From Sandaracinaceae bacterium (GTDB lineage: Bacteria > Myxococcota_A > Polyangia > Polyangiales > Sandaracinaceae), in NCBI GenBank assembly GCA_044220955.1, contig JBGAQA010000122.1:1-18010 (forward strand): DNA of 18,010 nt, read 5' to 3'. The notes beneath the pieces were generated by a model. That model was not told the origin of the DNA. It did no database searches and was given only the letters and a program-made list of their open reading frames with translations. Shown piece after piece: positions 7,916 through 18,010 of this stretch. How positions within the stretch are numbered: position 1 is the first letter of the stretch; every line of letters starts with the position of its first letter. Made by a program: the position numbers and the translations under genes.

Positions 7916-8689
7916 TCAGAGCGCGCGGAGCGCCGCGACCACGTCGCCCTCGTCGAGCACGCCGGTGTGCGAGGCCACGAGCGCCGTCACCGTCTGCCCC
8001 TCGCTCGCGAGGCGGGCGCCGAGCGTGCGCATCGACACGAGGTTCTGCGCCTGATCGTCCGAGAAGACCCACGGCGCCCCGATGACGTGCCCGTCGCTCG
8101 TCACCGACGCGCTGTCGCCGACGAAGAGCACTCCGTCGACGAGGTACGCGGCGCTCCCCGCCGTGTGCCCGGGCACGGCGTAGACCCGCACCTCGGCGTT
8201 GCCGGTCGTGATCGTCTCGCCGTCGGCGAGCGGGTGCGCCACGTGCACGCCGGAGGGTGACGCGCGCACCAGCCGCGTGATCGGCGAGCGGCCGGCGGTT
8301 CGGCCCTCGAGCATCGGGATCTCGGCCGCGAGCGCGTACACCTGCGCGTCCGGGAAGTGCCCGCACGCCGCGACGTGATCGGGGTGGCCGTGCGTGAGGA
8401 AGATCGCGCTCACGTCGTCCGGGCCGAGCGCGCGTCGCGCGAGCGCCGCGAGGATCGCCGCCCCGTCGCCCGCGTTGCCGCAGTCGATCAGCGCCACGTG
8501 GCCGTCACCGAGATCGAGGAGCGCGACGCTCACGTAGCCGTCCCGGGCGATCTCGACCGTCGCACCGACGCGCTGGCCGTCCTCGATCGGCGCGAGGCCC
8601 CCGAACGTCGCGTAGCCGACTCCGCCGATCCCGACGAGCAGCGAGAGCCCCACGGCGCCGAGCCCCCCGAGCACGCGTCGTCGTCGCAT
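7916..8689 (-). CDS. MBL-fold metallo-hydrolase with N-terminal signal/membrane anchor
   Basis: LIDCG, THGHPDH (HxHxDH), PGHTAGS, LFVGD, SH; N-terminal RRRR followed by a hydrophobic helix. Confidence 0.9.
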   Translation of the reverse strand: MRRRRVLGGLGAVGLSLLVGIGGVGYATFGGLAPIEDGQRVGATVEIARDGYVSVALLDLGDGHVALIDCGNAGDGAAILAALARRALGPDDVSAIFLTHGHPDHVAACGHFPDAQVYALAAEIPMLEGRTAGRSPITRLVRASPSGVHVAHPLADGETITTGNAEVRVYAVPGHTAGSAAYLVDGVLFVGDSASVTSDGHVIGAPWVFSDDQAQNLVSMRTLGARLASEGQTVTALVASHTGVLDEGDVVAALRAL

Positions 8690-8762
8690 GCGGGGATTCC
8701 TAGCAGTTTCTCCGGCGCGACGCGGGGTACCGCTTTCGCGGACGCGGCGCTAGGTTCTGCCA

Positions 8763-9932
<1,170 letters not shown>

Positions 9933-9981
9933 CCGTTGCGCCTCGCGCGCGGGTGCGTACCTCCGACACGAGGAACGCACG

Positions 9982-11019
9982 ATGCAAGTCGCGCTCGCGC
10001 CGGGCGTTCGCCCTCGTGACCGTGCTGCGGAGGCGCGCGCAGCGAGCGAGGCGCTGGCGGCGCCGCGTGTGGTGCGCTTCCTCGCGGCCTTCTCTGCCCT
10101 CTCGGCGATCGCGGGCGGCGTCGCGCTCTTGCTCGCGCCCACGGGGGCCGACACGGCGCCGCTCTCGCTGCTCGCGGGGACGCCGTTCACGAGCTTCGTC
10201 GTCCCGGCGCTCCTCTTGGCGCTCGTGGTTGGCGGCACCTCGGCGGCATGCTTCGTCGCCGTGTGGCGCCGCTCGCCGTTCGCGATCGACGCGACGCTGC
10301 TCGCGGGTGGGACGCTGACGCTCTGGATCGCGTGCGAGCTCGCGATCCTGCGACAGTACAGCCTGCTGCAGGGGGCGTACGGCGCGCTCGGGCTCGCGCT
10401 CCTCGGGCTCGGTATCGCGGGGGCGCTCCGCTCGCCGGAGCCGCGGCACCGCTGGACGCTGCTCGTGACGCTGGGCGAGGCCGGCGGGTTCGTCGTACCG
10501 GCCATCGCGGGCGTCGCAGCGTTCGTGCTCGAGCTCTCTCCCGGCATGCGCGCCGCGCTCCTCGTGCTCGCAGGTGCGGTCGAGGGCCTCTGCTGCGGGG
10601 CCGGGCAGGCGTTCGCCTTTCCGCTGCCCGTGGCGCGCGCGCGCTACGCCGCGCTCACCTCCGCGGCCGCGGCCGCCGTCTGGGCGCTGGCGATGAGCGT
10701 CGTCGGTCTCGGACACGCGGGGGCGCCGGGCGTCGTGATGGGCGTCGCGCTCGCGCTCGTCATCCCCGCGGGCCTCGTGCTGATGGGCGCCGCGCAGTGG
10801 CTCGAGCTGCGCCGCCACGCCTTCCGCGCGCATCGGTGGATCGTGTGGTCCGCGCTCGCGTGGGCGCTCGCGCTGCCCGCGAGCTTCGCGCCCTCGCCGC
10901 TGCTCGACGAGACGACCCCGGCCGCCGCGCAGCTCGTGCTCTGGACCGCCGCGGGGATCCTGATGGCCTACGTGATGGCCATCGTCACCTGGCAGGGTGC
11001 GCGCCGGCTGGCCGACTGA
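9982..11019 (+). CDS. Polytopic membrane protein of unknown function (roughly 10 TM segments)
   Basis: GAGGA at 9970-9974, ATG 9982; successive long hydrophobic segments; GC3-rich frame that fills the gap between flanking genes. Confidence 0.8.
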   Translation: MQVALAPGVRPRDRAAEARAASEALAAPRVVRFLAAFSALSAIAGGVALLLAPTGADTAPLSLLAGTPFTSFVVPALLLALVVGGTSAACFVAVWRRSPFAIDATLLAGGTLTLWIACELAILRQYSLLQGAYGALGLALLGLGIAGALRSPEPRHRWTLLVTLGEAGGFVVPAIAGVAAFVLELSPGMRAALLVLAGAVEGLCCGAGQAFAFPLPVARARYAALTSAAAAAVWALAMSVVGLGHAGAPGVVMGVALALVIPAGLVLMGAAQWLELRRHAFRAHRWIVWSALAWALALPASFAPSPLLDETTPAAAQLVLWTAAGILMAYVMAIVTWQGARRLAD

Positions 11020-11078
11020 GCGTCGCCCTCGATCGCGGCCGATTGACGCCGGCGGCGACGCACCCCGACACTCGGTCG

Positions 11079-12038
11079 ATGCGCGTCGGTCTGGCTCTCG
11101 TGCTCCCGATGATCCTCTCGGGCTGCCCGTCGTCCGCCGTCCCGGGCGACGCGGGGCCGGCGACGGACGCGGCTGCTCGCACCGACGGCGCCGAGACCGA
11201 CGCAGGCGCGGGCGCGGACGGCGGCGCCGACGCGGGACGCACCGCGCCCGACGTGGGCGTCGACGCCGCGGCTGCCACGCCCGTCACCTACACGACCGAG
11301 GCGCGCGTGATCACCTCGAGCGGCGTCGAGCGCCCGTTCGTGCTCGCGCTCCCGACGGACGCGGCCTCGCGCTCCGGCATGCCTCTCTTCTTCTCGCTCC
11401 ACGGCGACGGCGGCAGCGGCGCGGGCATGCGCACCGCGCTCGCGCTCGAGTCGTTCGCGCCGCCCGGCGGAGCCGTGTTCGTGTATCCGGACGCGCCGGG
11501 CGGCAGCTTCGAGTACTGGACCTACGACGGCCGCACGCGCGAGGCGGAATTCGTCACCGACGCGATCGCGGCGCTCGCCGCCGAGCTGAGCGTCGACACG
11601 ACGCGCGTCTTCGTCGTGGGCTTCAGCGGCGGCGCGACGATGGCCAACGCGCTCGGCTGCCGCCTCGGCCCCGCGGTGATCCGAGGCCTCGGCCTGCACT
11701 CGGGCACGCTCTACCCGACCGACGACGCGAGCGGGAGCCCGGAGTTCACGTACACCGGCAGCGGCGGCGTGAGCTGCCCGCTCCCCGACGCGATCTTCGT
11801 CTGGGGGCAGAGCGACGCGACGAGCGGTGTCTCGTTCGCCGAGGGGCAGGGCGTGCGCGACAACTACCTCGCGACCGCGAGCTGCGCGTCCACCACGACG
11901 AGCGGACCGCTCGATCCCTGCGTGACCTACGACGCGTGCACGCACGGCGTCGCGTGGTGCCCGATCCCGGGGATGGGCCACGCGATCTGGCCGGGCGCCG
12001 CCGAGGCGATGACGGACTTCTTCCGCGGCCTGCCGTAG
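11079..12038 (+). CDS. Lipoprotein alpha/beta-hydrolase (PHB depolymerase/LpqP/feruloyl-esterase-like)
   Basis: MRVGLALVLPMILSG-C lipobox, DAG-rich linker, LHGDGG, FVYPDA, VDTTRVFVVGFSGGA (GxSxG), WGQSD, GMGHAIW. Confidence 0.85.
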   Translation: MRVGLALVLPMILSGCPSSAVPGDAGPATDAAARTDGAETDAGAGADGGADAGRTAPDVGVDAAAATPVTYTTEARVITSSGVERPFVLALPTDAASRSGMPLFFSLHGDGGSGAGMRTALALESFAPPGGAVFVYPDAPGGSFEYWTYDGRTREAEFVTDAIAALAAELSVDTTRVFVVGFSGGATMANALGCRLGPAVIRGLGLHSGTLYPTDDASGSPEFTYTGSGGVSCPLPDAIFVWGQSDATSGVSFAEGQGVRDNYLATASCASTTTSGPLDPCVTYDACTHGVAWCPIPGMGHAIWPGAAEAMTDFFRGLP

Positions 12039-12080
12039 CGCTTGCGGCCCCGAGGCCCGTGCGACACCGTGCACGTCTCG

Positions 12081-13073
12081 ATGAGCACGACGAAGAAGAA
12101 GGTGTCGCTGACCGGCGTGAAGCCGACGCACTCGGCCCCGCACCTCGGCAACTACCTTGGCGCGATCCGCCCGGCGCTGCGGCTGACCGACCAGTTCGAC
12201 GGGATGTACTTCATCGCCGACTACCACGCGCTCACGACGATGCGCGACCCCGCGGCGCTGCGCGCGTCCATCTACGACGTCACCGCGACCTGGCTCGCGT
12301 GCGGGCTCGATCCGGCGCGCACGCTGCTCTACCGGCAGTCGGCGATCCCAGAGGTGTTCGAGCTCGCGTGGATCCTCTCGTGCGTGGTCGCGACGGGTCA
12401 GCTCGAGCGCGGGCACGCGTACAAGGCGGCCCTCGACGCGGGCGATGCGCCGAACGCGGGGACCTTCTACTACCCGGTGCTGATGGCCGCCGACATCGTC
12501 CTCTACGACTGCGACGTCGTGCCGATCGGCCAGGACCAGAAGCAGCACCTCGAGCTCGCGCGCGACATGGCCGAGCGCGTGAACCACCACTGGGGCGAGG
12601 GGACGCTCGTCGTGCCCCAGCCCTTCCTGTCCGAAGCGCCGCTCGTGCCAGGGCTCGATGGAAAGAAGATGAGCAAGAGCGCCGGCAACTCGGTGCCGCT
12701 CTTCGAGGACGGCAAGTCGCTGCGCAAGCTCATCATGAAGCTCGTCACGGGCAGCGAGCCGCTCGAGGCCCCGAAGCCGAGCGAGGGCACGACCGTCTTC
12801 GAGCTCTACAAGCTCGTGGCGAGCGAGCCGGAGATCGCGGCGATGCGCGAGAAGCTCGCGGCGGGCGGCACGTACGGCTGGGGCCACGCGAAGCAAGACC
12901 TCTACGAGGCGCTCGAGCGCGAGCTCGGTGGCAAGCGCGAGCTGTATCGCGCGCTGCGCGCCGACGAGGCGAACCTGGACGCGATCCTCGAGGAAGGCGC
13001 CACGAAGGCGCGGGTGATCGCCCGCCGCACGATCGGGCGCGTGCGCGCGGCCATCGGCATCGACCGGCGTTGA
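12081..13073 (+). CDS. trpS: Tryptophan--tRNA ligase
   Basis: TGVKPT, HLGN (HIGH motif), FIADYHALT, YPVLMAADI, VPIGQDQKQHLELARD, KMSKS. Confidence 0.97.
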   Translation: MSTTKKKVSLTGVKPTHSAPHLGNYLGAIRPALRLTDQFDGMYFIADYHALTTMRDPAALRASIYDVTATWLACGLDPARTLLYRQSAIPEVFELAWILSCVVATGQLERGHAYKAALDAGDAPNAGTFYYPVLMAADIVLYDCDVVPIGQDQKQHLELARDMAERVNHHWGEGTLVVPQPFLSEAPLVPGLDGKKMSKSAGNSVPLFEDGKSLRKLIMKLVTGSEPLEAPKPSEGTTVFELYKLVASEPEIAAMREKLAAGGTYGWGHAKQDLYEALERELGGKRELYRALRADEANLDAILEEGATKARVIARRTIGRVRAAIGIDRR

Positions 13074-13111
13074 GCTTCCGCACGGCACCGCGGCGAGGGG
13101 ATGGACGGGGT

Positions 13112-13144
13112 TTGCCAAAAGTGAGAAGTTCGACTTCCCACTAT
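13112..13144 (+). promoter_or_regulatory. Putative promoter with a dyad operator (MerR-type geometry)
   Basis: AT-rich island: TTGCCA (13112-13117), AGTGAGAAGT-TCG-ACTTCCCACT palindrome (13120-13142, 9/10 arm match), CACTAT (13139-13144). Confidence 0.5.
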
Positions 13145-13158
13145 CCAGCGAGGTTCCC

Positions 13159-14262
13159 ATGACGCCGTTCCGCGTTCTCCCGGTGCTCGGTCTCTCGATG
13201 GCCCTCGCTGCGGGCTGCGGTGGAGGCGGCACGGGCCCCGGCGACGACGCCGGCACCGTGCCCCGCGACTCCGGCCCCGGCAACGACGCGTTCGTGGCGC
13301 CTGGCACCGACGCGTGGGCGGCAGGCGACGACGCGTGGGCGGCGGGTGACGACGCGTGGGCGGCGGGTGACGACGCCTGGACCACGCCTGGCGCCGACTC
13401 CGGGACCACGAGCGCGACCGCGCCCGATCAGCCCGGGCCCTACGCCGTCACCATGTCGTCGACGATGATCACGGGGGCGACCCTCGTGTCGTTCGCGCCG
13501 ACGCTCGCGTCGGGCGAGCGCGCGCCGCTCGTCGTCTTCAAGCACGGCTACCAGCTCTCGAGCGCCAACTACGCGATGCTGCTGCAGCGGATCGCGTCTC
13601 ACGGGTTCTTCGTGATCGGCGTGAACACCTCGAGCAGCTTCATCGGCGGTCCGACCAACATCGACGAGCGCGACGCGATGACCCACGCGATCGACTGGGC
13701 CCTTGCGACGGCACCCTACGCGAGCAGCGTCGACGGCGCGCACGTCGCGGTGATGGGCCACAGCCGCGGTGGCAAGGTGGCCGTCCTCGCGGCGGCGGCC
13801 GACGCGCGCGTCACCGCGGCGCTCCTGCTCGACCCGGTGAACGGTTGCGGTCCGGGCATGGGCTTCAGCGCCACCTGCCCCGATGCCACGAGCGCGACCC
13901 AGGCGGGCGCGCTCGCGATCCCGGTGGGCGTGATGGGCGAGACGAACGACGGCTCCGGCGGCTTCATGCCCTGCGCGCCCACCGCGCAGAACTACCACAC
14001 GATCTTCGCGGGCCTCGACGCTGCGTCGTGGGCCGTCGAGTGGACGTTCACCGATGCGGTCCACATGACCTTCACCGACGACGGCGGCGGCACCTTCGGC
14101 AGCTTCTGCGCGATGGAGCCCTCGAACGTCGCCGCGCTGCGCGACGCGATCCGCACGATGAGCGTCGCCTTCGCGCGCTACCATCTGCGCGGCGACACCG
14201 ACATGGCGGCCTGGCTCACCGGTGCGTCTCTCCCCGCGGGCATCACGCGCGTCGGTCCCTGA
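13159..14262 (+). CDS. Lipoprotein alpha/beta-hydrolase (chlorophyllase/cutinase-like)
   Basis: GAGG RBS; LAAG-C lipobox; PGPY, PLVVFKHGY, IASHGFFV, GHSRGG nucleophile elbow, LLDPV, HMTFTD. Confidence 0.88.
   Translation: MTPFRVLPVLGLSMALAAGCGGGGTGPGDDAGTVPRDSGPGNDAFVAPGTDAWAAGDDAWAAGDDAWAAGDDAWTTPGADSGTTSATAPDQPGPYAVTMSSTMITGATLVSFAPTLASGERAPLVVFKHGYQLSSANYAMLLQRIASHGFFVIGVNTSSSFIGGPTNIDERDAMTHAIDWALATAPYASSVDGAHVAVMGHSRGGKVAVLAAAADARVTAALLLDPVNGCGPGMGFSATCPDATSATQAGALAIPVGVMGETNDGSGGFMPCAPTAQNYHTIFAGLDAASWAVEWTFTDAVHMTFTDDGGGTFGSFCAMEPSNVAALRDAIRTMSVAFARYHLRGDTDMAAWLTGASLPAGITRVGP
13309..13380 (+). repeat. In-frame 21-bp tandem repeat, about 3.4 copies, encoding DAWAAGD
   Basis: Units GACGCGTGGGCGGCRGGYGAC start at 13309, 13330 and 13351, with a partial unit at 13372. 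Confidence 0.95.
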
Positions 14263-15020
14263 TGGCGGGCGCTGCACGCAAGGCGCGCGCGTCCAGCGGC
14301 GCCGCAAAGGCACCACCGCCGAAGCCTCACCCTCGCGTGAAGATGTCGGTGCTGGCTCGAATGAGCGGCGTGCCCGCGGCGACGATCAAGCACTACGTGA
14401 ACGTCGGCCTCTTGCCCGAGCCGACGCGCACGGGCCGCAACATGGCCTACTACGACGTGTCCGTCGTCGAGCGCATTCGCCGCATCAAGGAGCTCCAGCG
14501 CACGCGCTTCCTTCCGCTCGACGTGATCCGCGAGGTGCTCGACGAGGCGGGGCGTGAGGACCCCGACGAGACGGTGGCGGCGACGATCGCGCGCGTGCTC
14601 GCGAGCGAGCGCAAGAGCGAGCGCCGGACGCGCGCGGATCTCGAGCGGTCGGGCCTGCCCGCGAAGCAGCTCTCGTGGCTCGTCGGCACGGGCCTCGTGC
14701 GCGCGAAGAAGGAGGGCGGCACGGAGGTGTTCGAGGGAGACGACCTCGAGCTGCTCCGCCTGCTCGGCGCCGCGCGCAAGGCCGGCCTCGATCCCGAGAT
14801 GCTCCCGCTCGAGGTCCTCGGCGAGTACGCGCAGGCGCTCTCGGCGCTCGTGCGCGCCGAGCTTCGCCTCTTCCGCAAGGGCGTGCTGCCGCGGGCTGGC
14901 GAGAAGCTCCCCGAGCTGACGGAGGCCGCGACGCAGCTCAGCGAGAAGCTCGTGCTCCTGCTCCGCCGCAAGATGCTCCTGCCCACGCTGGAAGCGCTCG
15001 TACGCGAGCAGGCGCGCTGA
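14262..15020 (+). CDS. MerR-family transcriptional regulator
   Basis: TGATG overlap with the upstream hydrolase. MSVLARMSGVPAATIKHYVNVGLLPEPTRTGRNMAYYD...RIKELQRTRFLPLDVIREVL is a MerR winged HTH. An alternative start near 14343 is possible. Confidence 0.9.
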   Translation: MAGAARKARASSGAAKAPPPKPHPRVKMSVLARMSGVPAATIKHYVNVGLLPEPTRTGRNMAYYDVSVVERIRRIKELQRTRFLPLDVIREVLDEAGREDPDETVAATIARVLASERKSERRTRADLERSGLPAKQLSWLVGTGLVRAKKEGGTEVFEGDDLELLRLLGAARKAGLDPEMLPLEVLGEYAQALSALVRAELRLFRKGVLPRAGEKLPELTEAATQLSEKLVLLLRRKMLLPTLEALVREQAR

Positions 15021-15106
15021 CACGGACCGGCAGAGCTGGATCTCGCGTGAGCTCCTCCGGGTGGATGCCGCCGCGCCCCCGTGCCGGGTGATCCATCGAC
15101 GGTCTC

Positions 15107-15886
15107 TCAGTGGAAGGTCACGGCGACGTCCGCGCTGACCGCGCCCGCCATCGCGTGGATCGTGCCGCTGCCCTCGCCCACCGTGACGACACGCGCCGTC
15201 GCGCCGAAGGCCGGCACGCTGCCCAGTAGGTCGTCGCTCCGCACCTCGAGCGAGCCGACCGCGCCCGCCGCGACGCCCCAGCGGATGGCGTCCACGCTGA
15301 GCAAGGCGTTGCCGGACGCGTCGTCGGCGCGGCACGCGAGCGTCGTGGTGCCACCCGTGGCCATCGCGTCGCGCGTGATCGTGACCGGCACGCCGCTCGT
15401 CAGGCCCGCGAACGTGAGGTCGCGGGTGACGCTGCTGCGCAGCTCGCCGCAGGTGAGGCGCGCCACCGAGACGAAGGTGAGGTGCGCGCGGTCGATCTCG
15501 TGGCCCGCGGCGTCGAGCACGACGACGTCCGCGACGCCGGCGACGGCGCTGCTGACGTGCGCCTGGAGCAAGGTGCCGTGATCGTCGCTCGAGGTGCCGA
15601 ATCCGTTGATCGTGGCGCCGACACCCATCAGCGTCGCGCCGGCGAGGCTCGTGCCGTTCCGGCCGCGGACCTGCACGAGCGGCGAGCCGCCGGTGGCGAG
15701 GTGCTGACCGAGGTCGCACTCCGAGCCGAAGAGCCCGCCGCCACAGAGGCCGTCGTAGATCTGCCACGAGGTCCGCCCCTGATCGCCGACCGTTCGCGGT
15801 CCCTCGAGCGCGGCGCCCCCGCCGAGACATCCGGGCAGGGCGAGGGCGAGGACGAAGGCGAGGGAAGAGAAGAGGCGAGTGCGCAT
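15107..15886 (-). CDS. Putative lipoprotein, beta-rich with an Ig-like (Big_2-like) C-terminus
   Basis: GGAGGA RBS; MRTRLFSSLAFVLALALPG-C lipobox; ends VVTVGEGSGTIHAMAGAVSADVAVTFH. Confidence 0.78.
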   Translation of the reverse strand: MRTRLFSSLAFVLALALPGCLGGGAALEGPRTVGDQGRTSWQIYDGLCGGGLFGSECDLGQHLATGGSPLVQVRGRNGTSLAGATLMGVGATINGFGTSSDDHGTLLQAHVSSAVAGVADVVVLDAAGHEIDRAHLTFVSVARLTCGELRSSVTRDLTFAGLTSGVPVTITRDAMATGGTTTLACRADDASGNALLSVDAIRWGVAAGAVGSLEVRSDDLLGSVPAFGATARVVTVGEGSGTIHAMAGAVSADVAVTFH

Positions 15887-16080
15887 GGCGGGTTCCTCCG
15901 GTGCGACGTGGAGCAGCGAGCGTGCCAGCCGCTTCCCCGCGAGAATGCGAGCCCCGTCGACGGGGTGGCTCAGGCAGACACGAGTGCGTGTGAATCCCCC
16001 TCACGCTCGCGGTAGGCTGCCGGATGGCGCACGAAGACGACGGACAGGTCTTCACGGGCGCGATGAGCGAGGACAGAGCG

Positions 16081-17754
<1,674 letters not shown>

Positions 17755-17757
<3 letters not shown>

Positions 17758-17842
17758 GTTTGCAGGGGCGCTGGGCGCGCCCCTCGACGCACCGGCGGAG
17801 CCGGATGCGTCTCACCCCCACTCCGCTCGCTCCGCTCGCGAG
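17755..17842. repeat. REP-like palindromic element, copy 1
   Basis: Hairpins AGGGGCGC-N5-GCGCCCCT (17764-17784) and GACGCA-CCGGC-GGA-GCCGG-A-TGCGTC (17786-17811), then a GCTC-rich tail ending CTCGCGAG. Confidence 0.85.
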
Positions 17843-17909
17843 GCACACCGGTCGTCTCGCTCGGCCGCCGGATCATGCCCGCGGCTGGCGTCGATCTTGG
17901 GACCGCCTT

Positions 17910-18010
17910 TGAGTTCTCAGGGGCGCTGGGGTGCGCCCCTCGACGCACCGGCGGAGCCGGATGCGCCTCACCCCCTCACCGACTCGGCTCGCTCGCGCTC
18001 GCCTCGCGAG
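17910..18010. repeat. REP-like palindromic element, copy 2 (direct repeat, 155-bp offset)
   Basis: TGAGTT..CAGGGGCGCTGGG..GCGCCCCTCGACGCACCGGCGGAGCCGGATGCG.CTCACCCC is nearly identical to copy 1 and also ends CTCGCGAG. Confidence 0.85.

Noticed and set aside
10248..11078. Long N-terminal extensions given by the ORF track (10248, also 2223, 6858, 9856, 13845)
   Set aside because: They overlap neighbouring genes or precede clear signal peptides or RBS sites, so the downstream ATGs fit better.
12081..13073. trpS as part of a biosynthetic or resistance cluster
   Set aside because: Canonical motifs and length, with no adjacent biosynthetic genes; nothing beyond housekeeping is supported.

Overview
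Very GC-rich bacterial DNA. The many lipoproteins with D-A-G-rich linkers and Cys-rich modules suggest Myxococcota (Polyangiales/Sandaracinus-like), which is an inference. I support about 16 genes: a 3'-truncated M50 site-2 protease, an FtsH-like membrane AAA+ ATPase, a 57-aa lipoprotein missing from the ORF track, fadN-type 3-hydroxyacyl-CoA dehydrogenase/enoyl-CoA hydratase, a beta-helix lipoprotein, an extended SDR epimerase, an MBL-fold hydrolase, thiolase, a polytopic membrane protein, two lipoprotein alpha/beta-hydrolases, trpS, a MerR-family regulator, an Ig-like lipoprotein and class I fumarase. A REP-like palindromic repeat pair closes the window. The most unusual item is the FtsH paralog. 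It keeps the two TM helices and an intact AAA+ module but lacks the M41 zinc-protease domain. In its place is a short domain whose pattern matches the Hfq/Sm fold by eye, and an unrelated M50 intramembrane protease is encoded 15 nt downstream. All calls are from motif recognition by eye; no searches were run.
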